NCBI GenBank assembly: GCA_050575255.1
Contig: JBNZDD010013590.1
Span: 1,737,534-1,801,533 of the forward strand
Direction: 5' to 3'
Length of the DNA: 64,000 nt
Source of the DNA: Harriotta raleighana
Taxonomy: Eukaryota
The position numbers and the translations under genes were made by a program. Position 1 is the first letter of the stretch, and each line of letters opens with the position of its first letter. A model generated the notes under the pieces. That model saw only the letters and a list, made by a program, of their open reading frames with translations, searched no databases and had not been told where the DNA came from. Below are positions 1-11,632 of the stretch, piece after piece.

Positions 1-109
1 GAACATTTCCCCCTGCTCGGGTCTTAAATCATCTGTCCAGCGCCTTGGGACGTCCTCCTGACGTGAAACGCGCTCTATAAATGTAATTTTGTTGTTGTTG
101 TTGTTGTTG
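1..109 (+). mobile_element. L2 LINE 3' tail (young subfamily)
   Basis: Terminal stem-loop cagcgccttgggacgtcctcctgacgtgaaacgcgct followed by a (TTG)n tail; near-identical to the tails at 19996-20075 (-) and 47274-47360 (+). Confidence 0.85.
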
Positions 110-1080
110 AGATCAACTTCAATATATATGCACGTGTTACCCAATTCTATCTTTCTGCCTCCACCTTCGATTCCAGTACCATTGCTGTCCTGACAGAATA
201 CCTGTCAGCTTTCAAGTCTTGGGTGAGAGCTGATTTTCTGCAGTTGAATGTCAACAAGACCGAGACCCTCCTGATTGGCTCACGCTAGCATCTCCGCACC
301 ACATGCATTGGCAGCATCAACCTTCATGTTTCCACACTCCATCTCATCAAGTCAGGGAACCTACATGTTTTGTTCGATCCTCAACTGTCTTTTCACCTCC
401 GCATCCAAGCCATGATCCACTTTGCCTTCCCTCGGTTGCGCAACATTGCCTGACTCCGCTACTACCTCAGTCCTCTGAAACTCTCATTCATGCCTTCACC
501 ACGTTGAGGCTCGACTGTGCTAATACCATGCATGTCGGCCTTCCCAAGTCCTCCCTTCATAGGCTGCAGATCATCCAGAACTCTGCGGCACATGTCCTCT
601 CCTGCACCAAGCTCCGTGACCTCATAACCCCCATTCGTGCCCTACTCCATTGGCTCCATCATTCAGAGGATTCAATTCAAGATCCTGGTGCTCACCTTTA
701 AAGCCCCCCTTGGCCTTACCTTATCCTATCTCTGTGACCCTCTAAACCCCTAAAACCTGTCCGTTCCCTCCGCTCAGTGGTTTCTGGCCTGCTCCATGTC
801 CCCCGACCTACCAGTCCACTATCGGCGGGCGAGCCTTCAGCCACTCTGCCCCCACCTTCTGGAATTCCATCCCACGGCCTTGCACCCTCCCTAGCCTCCT
901 TCAAATGCTGCCTCAAGACACTCCCATTCGATGGTGCATTTGATCAACCCACTTCCCCTCCATTCCCTCCACCCTCCCCTATCCCAACCCCAACTCGAAT
1001 CTAAAACACTGACTGTCCAATGCTTTGGGATGTCCTCCTGATATGAAAGGTGCTATACAAATGTAATTTTGTTGTTGTTG
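110..1080 (+). mobile_element. L2 LINE 3' fragment, decayed ORF2 C-terminus
   Basis: Peptides ETLIHAFTTLRLDCAN, LQIIQNSAAHVL, LHWL and SFKCCLKT match the L2 ORF2 C-terminus; ends in the L2 stem-loop plus (TTG)n. Confidence 0.9.
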
Positions 1081-1324
1081 CCTTCACCCACAAAATACAG
1101 AGTTACTACACTTCACAATAAATCCTGGAAGCGTTGAATCCTGCGACATCCTCCAAATCCACTGTTTCAAAAAGATTATACAGTTTTCATGCCAGGAGGA
1201 AGATTCAGTTCTGTGGCTGTGTGAAGGCTCCGCGGCGGCTGTGTATGGATTGTGCTGTGGTTATGTGTGGATTGTGCTGTGGGTATTTTATAAAAAGTAC
1301 AAGATTAGAAAAAAGAAAGGCAGA

Positions 1325-1490
1325 CTTTTTTACGTTTAATTTTTCTTCCCTTCTCCCTATCCTCAGCACAGACTTATTCTTTGGAGGAGTTACAGTTCCA
1401 TGGACAGCAAGTATCCCTCCGTTACCTCCCCTAAGTGACCATCCTTCATGTTAGAGACCGCATAGTGAGAGTTGCCAAGGAAATCCTGTC
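1325..1490 (-). mobile_element. Old SINE-like dispersed repeat, fragment (local family Y)
   Basis: Shares the core catgaag-atggtcactt-ggg with copies at ~13180-13510, 14190-14500 and 60690-60990. Confidence 0.5.
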
Positions 1491-1519
1491 CTATAATAGA
1501 TCTAAATTGCAATACTCAC

Positions 1520-1613
1520 TGGAAGATCTGACCAATTGAGATCCTGTGCGGTTTTCCTCCACATCTGCAGTGGCTGATTTGCTGCTGGTGGCTTCTGAGG
1601 TGCACTTTGTATT
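1520..1613 (-). CDS. Candidate internal exon (94 nt), gene unknown
   Basis: Minus-strand acceptor ccctgtatttccag and donor gtgagt; open in all three frames; lies in non-repeat sequence; no recognised homology. Confidence 0.25.
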
Positions 1614-2209
1614 CTGGAAATACAGGGCTTCACTGAATCCATTTATTAATTCATTCTGTTGGATAATCTTTTGAGAGACCCTGTGAGACCTATATGAATA
1701 GAATGAAATTAATTTTCCTACAAAAATGTCCCATATTGTAGCTTGTCATCTTTACTCCTGAGCCACCAGCATCTTCAATGAAAGAATTGTTTTTTAAAAA
1801 ATGATACGGCTTTTAATAATATAACTCCTACTTTAAATATACCTACCATTAGTACCGCACTTATGATCTCAGGAAGAAAGCAGGTCTATATCTTATTCAT
1901 TATTCATGCTGCTTATGGATAACTTTAAAATCTTGTGGTATCTTTGCCCCATTACAGCATATTTCTTTATAGTGCAAGTTTGGCTGTGATATATTTGCAC
2001 TGTGGACCCTATTCACTGCTCAATTCATCAAGCTGGTACATTCACTTCATTCCACCACTGTAGTTGACTTCCACATCATTAGATTGCCACTGACATGACT
2101 TGCTGCCAGCCACATAAGAGGTGATATTGAAGATCACCTGATGACCTGAAAGTCAGACTTATTTTTCTTTCAACTGAATACGAACTGGCTTGCTCTGTGC
2201 ATTTATAAT

Positions 2210-2705
2210 AATAATCCTTTGATTTGATGCTTTTCACATCAGCAGGATATGTCAAAGCACGTTACAGGAATATACAGTAAAGTGGTAGTGTGTGTTTTGT
2301 AGGTGAATCTCTATTTTGCAGTGAAACTGGCTATTACTTCTATCCAGAACTCTCCAACCGATCTACTTCATCTGAGCCGATCAACCCCATCGTTTTTTCA
2401 CTGGTTTCTCATTCCCCAGCAATCAAATTTAAGATTTTCCATCTCACCTTCAAATTCCTCTACGGCTTCACCCACCCTACCTCTGTAAGTTCCTACTACC
2501 CTACGATCCCACTCTATTCAGTCAGCGAACACTGGTCTGCTTCATGCCCAACATTGACAAGCAAGCTTTGACCTTAGTTTAATGTCTCATCGGAAAGATG
2601 CATCCACCAACAGGGCAGCACACTGGGATGATATGGGATCCAAGCCTCAAAGTGGGCCTTAAAACCACAACCTGACGTAGAGGCAAGAGTCAAACCATCT
2701 AATTG
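2210..2705 (-). mobile_element. Old long-form DeuSINE with an L2 fragment (~2370-2560, +) inside
   Basis: Tail ataataatcctt and the gtttaatgtctcatcggaaaga...acaacctgac head region on the minus strand; the insert encodes L2-like IKFKIFHLTFKFLYG. Confidence 0.55.
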
Positions 2706-3594
2706 CCTATAAAATCATGTTGCGACATCAATTGTGGTCTTTCAAGATAACATTTCCCAAAGATGCAGCTCCTTTAAATATACGGTCTGGTTGAGAAAAA
2801 ATAGGAGCTATATCCTGGTCAGGTATGATTAATATGTCTATACAAGAGACTGACTAAATAGCTTATAACTGACAAAAGCAAGAATGAGTTATGGCTGTCT
2901 CATGAGTGCAGATATTTATCATATTCCATGTCTGGCCATAGCACTTTCCATTCATAACAGTTGTAGGGGGTTATCAGGTGAAAAATAGGATTATGTTGGT
3001 GGACCGACTGAAAAATATATTGAGAACATTTATGGTCCATAAAGTATGGCAGAAGGTGAGTCAGAGCATCACTTTGTTACGGCAGAAATAGCATTTTTAT
3101 TTTCATTCCTATTTTTTCATGTGAGTGGGAACGAGAATAAAAACAAACACCCTATATCTGGAAACAAATATGAGGAGGGTTCAAGTTGATGGTTATGAAC
3201 CAATTAACCCTGTGTGTGCCACATCCTCGCAGGCATAATGAAAGTTTCAATGTGCTCTTTTATCATCAGCAGTGAGAACCAGCAATTGAGTCGACAACTC
3301 TTCAATCATTCAAGTCATGCTTTTAGACTGGTTGAAGAACCCACTACTAAAGAGCCAGTTTTCAACTAAACAGGAGTCTTTTGTGTTTTTATATAAGTTA
3401 AATGCGGGTTGGGAACTGAAAGAGAAATAAATGAGGTAAGCAAAACGTTTGAAATAATTTCAGTATGGTAGAAAGGTTAGGAAAGATCAATTGTATACAT
3501 TAGAGAGTGAAAAAATCAAATTAAATTTAGAAAAGAGGGAAGGAAGAACAGAGATAACAAAGTTTTGCTAACTTACGTTTTAACAGAAGTCACT

Positions 3595-3916
3595 GTGAAG
3601 TTCCTGTAGCTCAGTGGTTAGATCGCTCGCTTTACAATCGTGATATTTGTGTTCAAATCCAGGCAGTTCAGGGTGAAACGTTGGGCAAGTTTCTTTACTC
3701 CACATGCCCAATAATAATCCCTCCCCACCAAAAAAAATTCAAAAAATTGGTCATTTCAATCCACGACTGACACTGTTGTGCACAATTGGCTGTTGTGTTT
3801 TACCCACAAATATACAGTCAATTCACTTTACAGTATGTTCTGTGAAGCACTTTGAGACGTTAATAAGAGTTGAAAAGCGCTATACCAAATGCAAGGTTTA
3901 CTATTATTATAATAAT
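3595..3916 (+). mobile_element. tRNA-headed Deu-domain SINE (short family)
   Basis: A-box tagctcagtggt, B-box gttcaaatcc, Deu core tgtgcacaattggctg, L2-like tail and (TAT)n. Confidence 0.9.
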
Positions 3917-3964
3917 CCATGGATTTATTTTGTGCCTTGTCACATTGTTATGACATCTCAAAAT

Positions 3965-4312
3965 GTGTTACAGGTTGTACTGTGATGCATTTTGTGAGTG
4001 CTGTGATGTGTATTTAGTAGGCAAAATGGGGCAGTCAATTTTTGCACAGCAATGTCCAGCAAACAACCATAAAATGAATGATCACATTTATTTTGGAGGA
4101 ATGTTGGCCAGTACAATGGAAAGAATGAACTTCATGGGATCTTCAACATCCACCTTCATTTCATCTAAAGCTTTGTACCTCCAACAATGCAAAACACTCC
4201 AAGCACTGCATTGGAATGTCATCTCAGATTATGTGAGCTCAAGACACAACGTGGATCTTGAACTCATAACTTTCTGACTCAGAGACTAGTGATACAACTG
4301 AGCCAACTGACA
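3965..4312 (-). mobile_element. Long-form DeuSINE, decayed
   Basis: Reverse-complement Deu core and tRNA-like head (ttctgactcagag...actgagcca). Confidence 0.65.
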
Positions 4313-4510
4313 CACAAAATGTTTTATCTAATTTATAAAAAATTATTTGCATTTATTTTAGGTGTTTAGAGTTAATATTATGATAGGTGCCAGCCTGGCT
4401 CAGTTGGTAGCATTTTCATCTCTGAGTTAGAAGGTTGTGGGTTTAAGTCCCAAGTCAGGGCTTTGACTTTATATAATGTCAAATAAAACTTCAAGAATGT
4501 ATTGTTTTAG

Positions 4511-4722
4511 CAGAAGTCCCCGAGAACACTCAGCAGGTCAGGCAACTTCTACGGGGAAAGGAAAGTGAATCAATGTTTCAGGACCATGACCAGTACTGAT
4601 GAAGGCTCGTGGACCCGAAATGTTGACTCACTTTTGTTTCTCTATAGATGCTGCCTGACCCTTCACAGCGATTTCTGTTTTTGTTTCAGATTTACAGCAT
4701 TTGCAGTTTTTTGTGTTTTTGT
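4511..4722. mobile_element. Penelope-derived fold-back mini-element with hammerhead motif
   Basis: Inverted copy of the Penelope terminal repeat followed by the sense copy; flanked by aatgtattgttttag (4496-4510) and aatgtgttattttag (4723-4737), 13/15 match. Confidence 0.8.
4592..4628 (+). ncRNA. Minimal type I hammerhead ribozyme motif (Penelope-type)
   Basis: CTGATGA (4596-4602), stem II ggctc/gaccc (one mismatch), GAAA (4617-4620), then tgtt-gact; catalytic core nucleotides intact. Confidence 0.6.
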
Positions 4723-4799
4723 AATGTGTTATTTTAGATGGTTTGAAACAAAACTGGAGAGAAGGAGGTTTTAATAGTGTAAAACAAAGAGGGGAGGAA

Positions 4800-5305
4800 C
4801 TTCAACTCTACTTCCCATTCGCAGTCGGATATCTCCTACACTATTCCAATTGACCGCAGCACAAGCTTGAGGAACAATACCTTATCTATGTGATAAGTAC
4901 CCTACAACCCTCTGGCCTCAATATTGATTTCAGCAATTTCAGGCTGTAACTGCTCACCTTCCCTTTTCCCCTCTTCTGTGATCATCTGGTCTATCTGTTC
5001 TTTTGCAATTTCTTCCCCTCGTTATTTTAAATTCTTAATACTTCTTCTCTCCAGTTTTCTTATAACCCCACTCTTTGTTTTAAATCATTAATATGTCTTT
5101 AACCCATCATCTCCTGTCATCTACCATATATTCCTCTGTGTCTTTCTTGCTCTGCCTCCCAACTCTCTATTAGTCTTTAAAAGCCTCTCCCTCCAAACAT
5201 GCCCCAGGTCTAATGAAGGGTCATGGACCCGAAACGTTGACTCGCTTTCCTTTCTCCATAAATGCTTCCTGATCTGCTGAGTATTCCCATCGATTTCTGT
5301 TTATA
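4800..5305 (+). mobile_element. Penelope-like element 3' end (GIY-YIG C-terminus plus terminal repeat)
   Basis: Encodes KLEEQYLIYVISTLQPSGLNIDFSNFR, then a pyrimidine-rich UTR and a hammerhead motif at 5206-5242 with a mutated core (CTAATGA). Confidence 0.85.
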
Positions 5306-5519
5306 CAAAATAAGTGATGTTTGTGGAGATGTGATGACCCAGTCGTTGACTATTATAGCTTTCCACGATAATACAGTGGCTGATAACAGAAATAGTTTGC
5401 ATTTTATATCATGTTCTTCATAATGAATAAAGTCTCGGAATGCTTTACCTTACTGGAGATGTATGCCCAGCAAAGGAGAAGAAGAATATGAACATTGGTG
5501 GCATAAAAGCGGTAAATTC

Positions 5520-6655
5520 TACCTTCATCCTCACAGATTTCTCTTCCCTTCGCTCATCCCTATCCCTCTGCACAAAGCACTCCTAATGAGCAACTTCAAC
5601 CTTCATCTCAATTGCCCCTGCTTCATCTCCTCTGACATTGTTGCCTCCTCTCAATGCTAAACCTCAACCTCCATGTAAACTCCCTGACCCACAACTGAAG
5701 TCATCCCCTCAACCTTGTCATCACCCATGTTCTTGATATCTCTGATCTGCATTGATCTGCTCTGAACAACTTGCACTTATGTAGCACCTTCCACACTGGT
5801 TAGTGTTTCAGAATGCTTATCTGACCATCACAGATAAGGCTATCTCAGACCACTTCCACATTCCCTCTCCTCATCACCCTCCCCTCCTCCAAGCCATCCA
5901 CCATAATTTTCTGCCCATGAAAATAGCTTCCCCTGAATATCTAACAAACACTCTCTTATCCTTGGACCTTCTCTCCCCCAAGACATCACCCCATATAGAT
6001 CCAAATGCAGCCATCAAACTAGTAAACAATCAACTCTCCTCAAACTTCAATTCCCTTATTTCCTTGAAAACCAGGTCTGTCTCCAAGCCTACCCACTCTC
6101 TCTGGTGCAACAGTCATCTCAATTCTCCAATCCCAAACCCAGTTGCTCGAGTGCAGATGGCACAAATCTAGCCTCAAGCTTCACAGCCAACTATGGCTTA
6201 AGCATCTTCATACCTACTATCGCTTCCATTCTAAAGCCCAAATTGCTTTCTATTGACAGATTATTGTGAAGGACAAATACAAAACAAAATCCTGTTCTCC
6301 ATGACTCACCCAATCCTCCAGCACCCCCCACCCACCCCCAGCACACTCTATCCTCACTTCAGATGACATGTGAAGAGGGACTTCTTCATCTCTGAAATAG
6401 ATAAAATTCCCTAGCTGCCTCCTCATACTCCCCCCACTGGCCCCCATATCATTTAATACCCCGCTCCCATACTTCCTTCATCACCTTCATTTACTTTTCC
6501 TTGTCCCTCCACACCTCCAAATCCCACCTAATGGCCTTCCATTTGATCATGCTTAGGTCACCTCTGCAATCCTTCTCCCTTTGATTCGACATCAGTCTCC
6601 ATCATTGTTAGCACTGCTTGAAGGATACTATTTAAATACAAGTTGTTGTTACTGT
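5520..6655 (+). mobile_element. L2 LINE relic: endonuclease region joined to the 3' tail
   Basis: APE-like motifs LMSNFNLHL and AISDHFHI, followed by the ORF2-end region and an L2 tail with (TTG)n. Confidence 0.7.
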
Positions 6656-7070
6656 TGGTAGGAGGAGAATGATGAGATCAAATCGGCTGAAGGGCTCTGT
6701 TCATTTGAACCTCGTTTGTAGTCTGAGAACTGGAAATCAGTACTGGGTTACGCTGTTTTTGTAGTATGGAATTCAATAAGCAGGGAGGCAGCCAATTAGT
6801 TGTGCTTGTGGGCATTGAAAGAAGCCATCATGCTTCAGAATAGACCCCGGTTGTGATTTTACAGATTCCAACCAGTGCAATATAATTGGGCTGCACTGTA
6901 TCACTTCTGAGATTTAATGTCAGCTTCTCAGGAAATCTTGCACTCTGACATTCACAATCCAGCTGTTGTAATTTTAGTCCAACAAACCCGGCTTGTGAAT
7001 ATTGTATTTTAGTCCTCATTGTGTAACCGTGGCATCCTATTACTGAAAGAATTCACTAAAAACTGAATAT

Positions 7071-7393
7071 TAATAATAATAATCCTTGCATTTGATATAG
7101 CGCTTTTTACATCTTATCGACGTCCCAAAGCGTTTCACAGAATATATTGTAAAGTGAATTGACTGTATATTTGTGGGTGGAATGCAGCAGCCAATTGCGC
7201 ACAGCAGTGTATCACAAACAGTCATAGATTGAAATGACCAATTTTCTTATTGTGGGATTTTTTTGAGGGATTATTATTAGGCATGTAGAGTAAGGAAACC
7301 TGCCCAAGTTTTCGCCCTGATCTGCCTGGATTCGAACACAGGTCTCATGCTTGTAAGGCGAGTGCTCTATCCACTAATCCACAGGAGCTCCAC
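7071..7393 (-). mobile_element. tRNA-headed Deu-domain SINE
   Basis: Full-length reverse-complement copy of the 3595 family. Confidence 0.9.
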
Positions 7394-7859
7394 AAATTGT
7401 CCACAGACTAATTAAATCCTGCACATTACATTGGTTTTTCCTTGATTGAGTCAAGTAAATAAAGACATCTGACAATAGGTGTGAGCTATTATGCTTACTG
7501 ATTGTCCAGTAATTATTGTTTTGTTAGAGCCTAGGAATAATTGTAAATTTCAATTTATCCTTTGCAACTCAAGCTGAACATGGGCAAGAATGTTTCAAGA
7601 AGCCAACAATTAATCTAAACTTAAAATATTACTTTGAAGAAACTAGAATATTCTTCTGATATCCTGGTTGGAATCTAAAAAAAAGAAAGCCAGGCTAATG
7701 TGTTAGCTAAGGCCCTTCCTTTCATCAGAATTGGAATGATAAGGCTGGAGAAATCTTTTGTAAGAGAGGGGAGGGCAAATGGGCACAGTCAAGAAATGCA
7801 TGAAGATCAATAGAGGATTCCAGGAGATTGAGGTATTGAACAGTCTCCAAGTACTAGAT

Positions 7860-8270
7860 AACATAAAGAACCAAGACGACTGATCCCAAGTGCAAAGCTA
7901 TGCGGAAAGATTAGAGAAACTTAAGCTTTAGAGTCTGGAAAGAAAGCAGCTGAGGGAGATCTCATTGATGTATATGAAATATTTAATGGCATAGATAAAG
8001 TAAATCCGGCGATTTGTTCAAAGGAAGGCGAAAGTGGAGCATAAATAGAAATTAGTGAAAAGCATATTTTGAACAGATATCAGGAAAAATGTCTTTAAAA
8101 GAATGAAAGCAGTTTTAAATAATCTAACCAATGAGTTAATAGAGTCAAAAAGATTGAAGTCATTTTAAATACAATTAAATACCACAATATATCCCGGCAA
8201 GGAGCCTTATGTAGAGTAATACATCATGAAAATAGGCCATTCTGCTCAAGTGGTCTCTTCCAGACACTGA
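7860..8270 (+). mobile_element. CR1 LINE 3' fragment, old
   Basis: Decayed ERLEKL...SLERKQLRGDLIDVYEI motif and a CR1-type 3' UTR. Confidence 0.75.
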
Positions 8271-8339
8271 TACAGTATTTAAGTTTCCAGCAATATTAGT
8301 ATCTTCCTTACTTTTTTCCTTGCTTCCCTCCTGTCAGCC

Positions 8340-8665
8340 TAGCTCTCACTTCTGGATCAAAACGTGCTGGAGGAGCACTCTAATGTTGGAGGTGCTATCC
8401 ACCAGATAAATTTACCTGTTCAGGTGGATGTTAAATATCCTATGCACTATTTGAAAAAGAGTTTCTCCTGGTCAACAATCCTTAGATAAAAATGGTCAGT
8501 CTCCTGATTTCATGGTAGTTTGTGGGACATTCTTGTGTGCGAATGAGCATTTGCCAGAAGTATACAAAGACACGACAACTTACAGTAATTCTGAAAATGT
8601 AAAACATTGTGAGGCAATCTTCCGAGATGAAAAGCATGCCAGCAAATCAAGAATTCTTATTATTT
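8340..8665 (+). mobile_element. Long-form DeuSINE, decayed
   Basis: cctgttcaggtggatgttaaa body and gtttgtgggacattcttgtgtg Deu core. Confidence 0.6.
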
Positions 8666-9771
8666 CCAACTTTTCTTTGGTAACTAAGAAATTATTTTTC
8701 CAAACTGGTGACTAAACAGAAAATCCACTTTCCAATGTCCAAATTGCTACCTTTCGCCGGTAAAAGAAAATGCATAAAACTCGTAGAACAAGTAGATTTC
8801 AACTTGCAGAAACAGATAGTTTACAATTGGCAACAATAACCTGGATATGTATAGTGCCATTCACAAGGGCTGGCAACTCAGATTGCTTAACATTGACATA
8901 GATGACTCCAAGTGAGGGAGAAACTGGAAGTGACTGTAGACACAGTCAAAGAGGAAAGTCTTCAGGTGTGATCTGAAGGCAAGCAAAGGGGACAAGGTAG
9001 AGGGGTTGTGGCAGGAGTTCCGAGGATCAGTTGCAAATACTAATAGTGGAGCGGAGTGTTTGAGAGATGTGGAGAAGGCAGCATTGGGCGACCAAGGTAG
9101 GTTGAGGTAATTGCTCTTCGGGGTCAAAATTGTGCCTAATGTTTTTAAATGGGTGTATATAGAGCTTCATAAATATCCAAGCTGTAGTAGTTTGATACAA
9201 TATTCCGTAGAGAATGTATTTTCCTTCAGTAAATTACTTCAGTAAAGTATCAATCAAAAGCTGAATGATACATGATAGTAATGTGAAGTGGAGCAAATAA
9301 AGCCAGGGATGTTTTGACAAATGTAGCTGAGTTGTGAGAGTATTAAACCCTTGTGGGTCAGAATATTGGGTTCCTTTCCAAGGCTCTTAGATCCCAGCCC
9401 CAAAACAACCATTAATCTATTTTTTTGGGGACAAGGTGCTTGTTCAGTGATGATGTCCATTGGAAGCAAATGATTCCCTCTACCGGGTTCATTTACTGTT
9501 TGAGAAAACAGGTGATTTGTCAATAATGCAGCAGAGATCACACGCCAAATACTTTGAGATTGTCTTCACACTTGGTAGGTTTAGTAATCATTCATTCTTA
9601 GCTCAGGTCTGTTCAACATCAGCTGTTTGGTAAGAAGGATGACCCCGTGAGTTCCAGTTAACCTTTTAATAATGCAGTAGCCTCTGGGGAGAAATGCATG
9701 GTTTGTAATTATTAAGAATTTATGAAGAATACTTTAAGTTGCAATGATGTTAGAATAAAATAATGCACATG

Positions 9772-10035
9772 TACACCTTGCTTAATGTTGATTCGGTCAA
9801 CATTGTTTTGTTATTATGTTGCGGATACATAGGGGAAATATATCTATTTAACACTGCCACGTTCTCTATTACATTGTTCGCCAGCGAATGGAAACAAACT
9901 ATATACTTTGGGTAGCGTAGGGGTATATAGACCCTGAACGTCCGGTATTCGTATGTGGGATCGATTAATGTCATTTCTCTTAAAATCACACTTTTCAAGA
10001 ACACAACCATGACGTTAAGTGAGCACTAATTGTAT
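9772..10035. mobile_element. Possible Tigger-like DNA transposon relic
   Basis: CpG-richer island with degenerate inverted ends taca-ccttgcttaatgt and acgttaagtgagcactaattgta. Confidence 0.35.
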
Positions 10036-10059
10036 ATCATGATCACCATGATGTGTATC

Positions 10060-10550
10060 CACTCAGTGCAGTTGATAACACACTTGCGTCTGAGTCTGAG
10101 CGTCGTGAGTTCTGGAGGTAGAGTCGGCTACACAGCAGGCAACTCTATTTGCTGTTTGGGACCATAGCTGCTGGAAGGCATTACCTGGGATATGAGTTTA
10201 TCAATCCATATTCGTATGTCCAGTACTTGGAATCCACCCTGATTGGCTTGTGGAGACATAAGCAGCTGCTCTTCAAGTTTTCCACCTCCAACTGGTGAAA
10301 CAATCGCTCAATGGAAGGATGTGAGTCTGAGCTGTAGACAAGAAGATGGCAGCGAAGCTTTCATTCATTTCATGCTAAGATGTGATGCCTATGAAGAGAG
10401 CTCCCAATAAGGATCAAACTTGCGCTTGGCCCTGGGAGAGGGGAAGGTAGTAGGGTTTCATTGAAGCTGAGCTGCTACTCTAGGGTGAGATGTTTGGTAG
10501 AATTTGGAGAAGAGTTTACACTGGTCTGTGTGGTGCACACACATGGCAGC
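10060..10550 (+). mobile_element. Unclassified old SINE-like element
   Basis: tRNA-like head (cagttgataacacacttgcgtctgagtc...gagttc) followed by a body unlike the Deu core. Confidence 0.35.
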
Positions 10551-11124
10551 TGAATCTTTTAATTAGACTTAATCACATCTTAGACTCCACAGTGCGCTTA
10601 CTATAATCTTCGTGAAATCATACCTGCAAATAAAATGTTTTTGAATTTTGTAGGATAAGCACCAAGAACCACTGTGAGCACTATTAGCAGAATAGTTTTG
10701 GCACCATAGAATTATTTGATTTATAGTATTCACAGAAGGAATCCAAAAAATCTTGTTTCTTTTATTTCTGTGGTACAGAATGAATTTGTGAATTAGTTTG
10801 TCATTTTTCACTTGTCACTGTCATGTTTGATGTCGACTTTGGTTTATGTACAATACAAGAGGAATGCAGAATGTATTTTGTTAACTGACTGATTTTCTCA
10901 CTCTTGCCTCTGAATGACTGTCACCAATCGCCTCCAGCTGAAACAATTCAAACCAACACTACTTAGTGGGCCTTGGCTAATGGGAGCCTCAGCATCTGAT
11001 GAAATGGGCTAAGTGTTGCCATGTTTGGTGTAAAGCTGTCACTAGGAAAATGATCGACAGTTTCTTTCAGTGTTATATTTGTGATCTGTCAAATCTCCAA
11101 TCTCCACATTATCCTTTCAATGTA

Positions 11125-11632
11125 CAGCAAAACCCCGTTTATCTGGCACCCACGGGACCTGGCCAGTGGCGGTTAAATGGTTTTAAAAATATATATTTAT
11201 AAGTATATTAGTATATATTTTTTTAAAATAAATTAAAATTATTTTAACACATACCATATTAATAATAGACTAACCCATAATAGATAATAACAATGTTGTA
11301 TGGATTATAATTGTAAATGTTGTACACTGTACCATATAAATAATAGAGTAAATACAGTAATAACAGATACTGTAATAACAGAATATTGTATTAGTACTTG
11401 ATTGTTTATACTTAACTTCTGCAATGGCCACCATGGGAGGAAAACCAAGTGGCAGTAGCGCGACTTTAGGATCAACTAGAGGCCAGGCGAGTACCTGCAC
11501 CAGTACTCACGTGCGACAATCGATTCATTAAATGCGTCATCACTATTCTGCCAGATAACCTCCGGTTTATCGAATCAGGATTTTTTTTTGAGGTTCCGCT
11601 TCAACAGGTTTTCCGGTTCATCGAGTCACGGA
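11125..11632 (+). mobile_element. Tc1/mariner (Tigger/pogo-type) MITE, 3' TIR lost
   Basis: Left end ta|cagcaaaaccccgtttatctggcacc; colinear with the 17887-18566 copy. Confidence 0.8.

Noticed and set aside
2961-3055. Splice-bounded frame starting xVGGY, like a trypsin N-terminus
   Set aside because: The downstream residues lack the PW/CGG protease motifs; probably chance.
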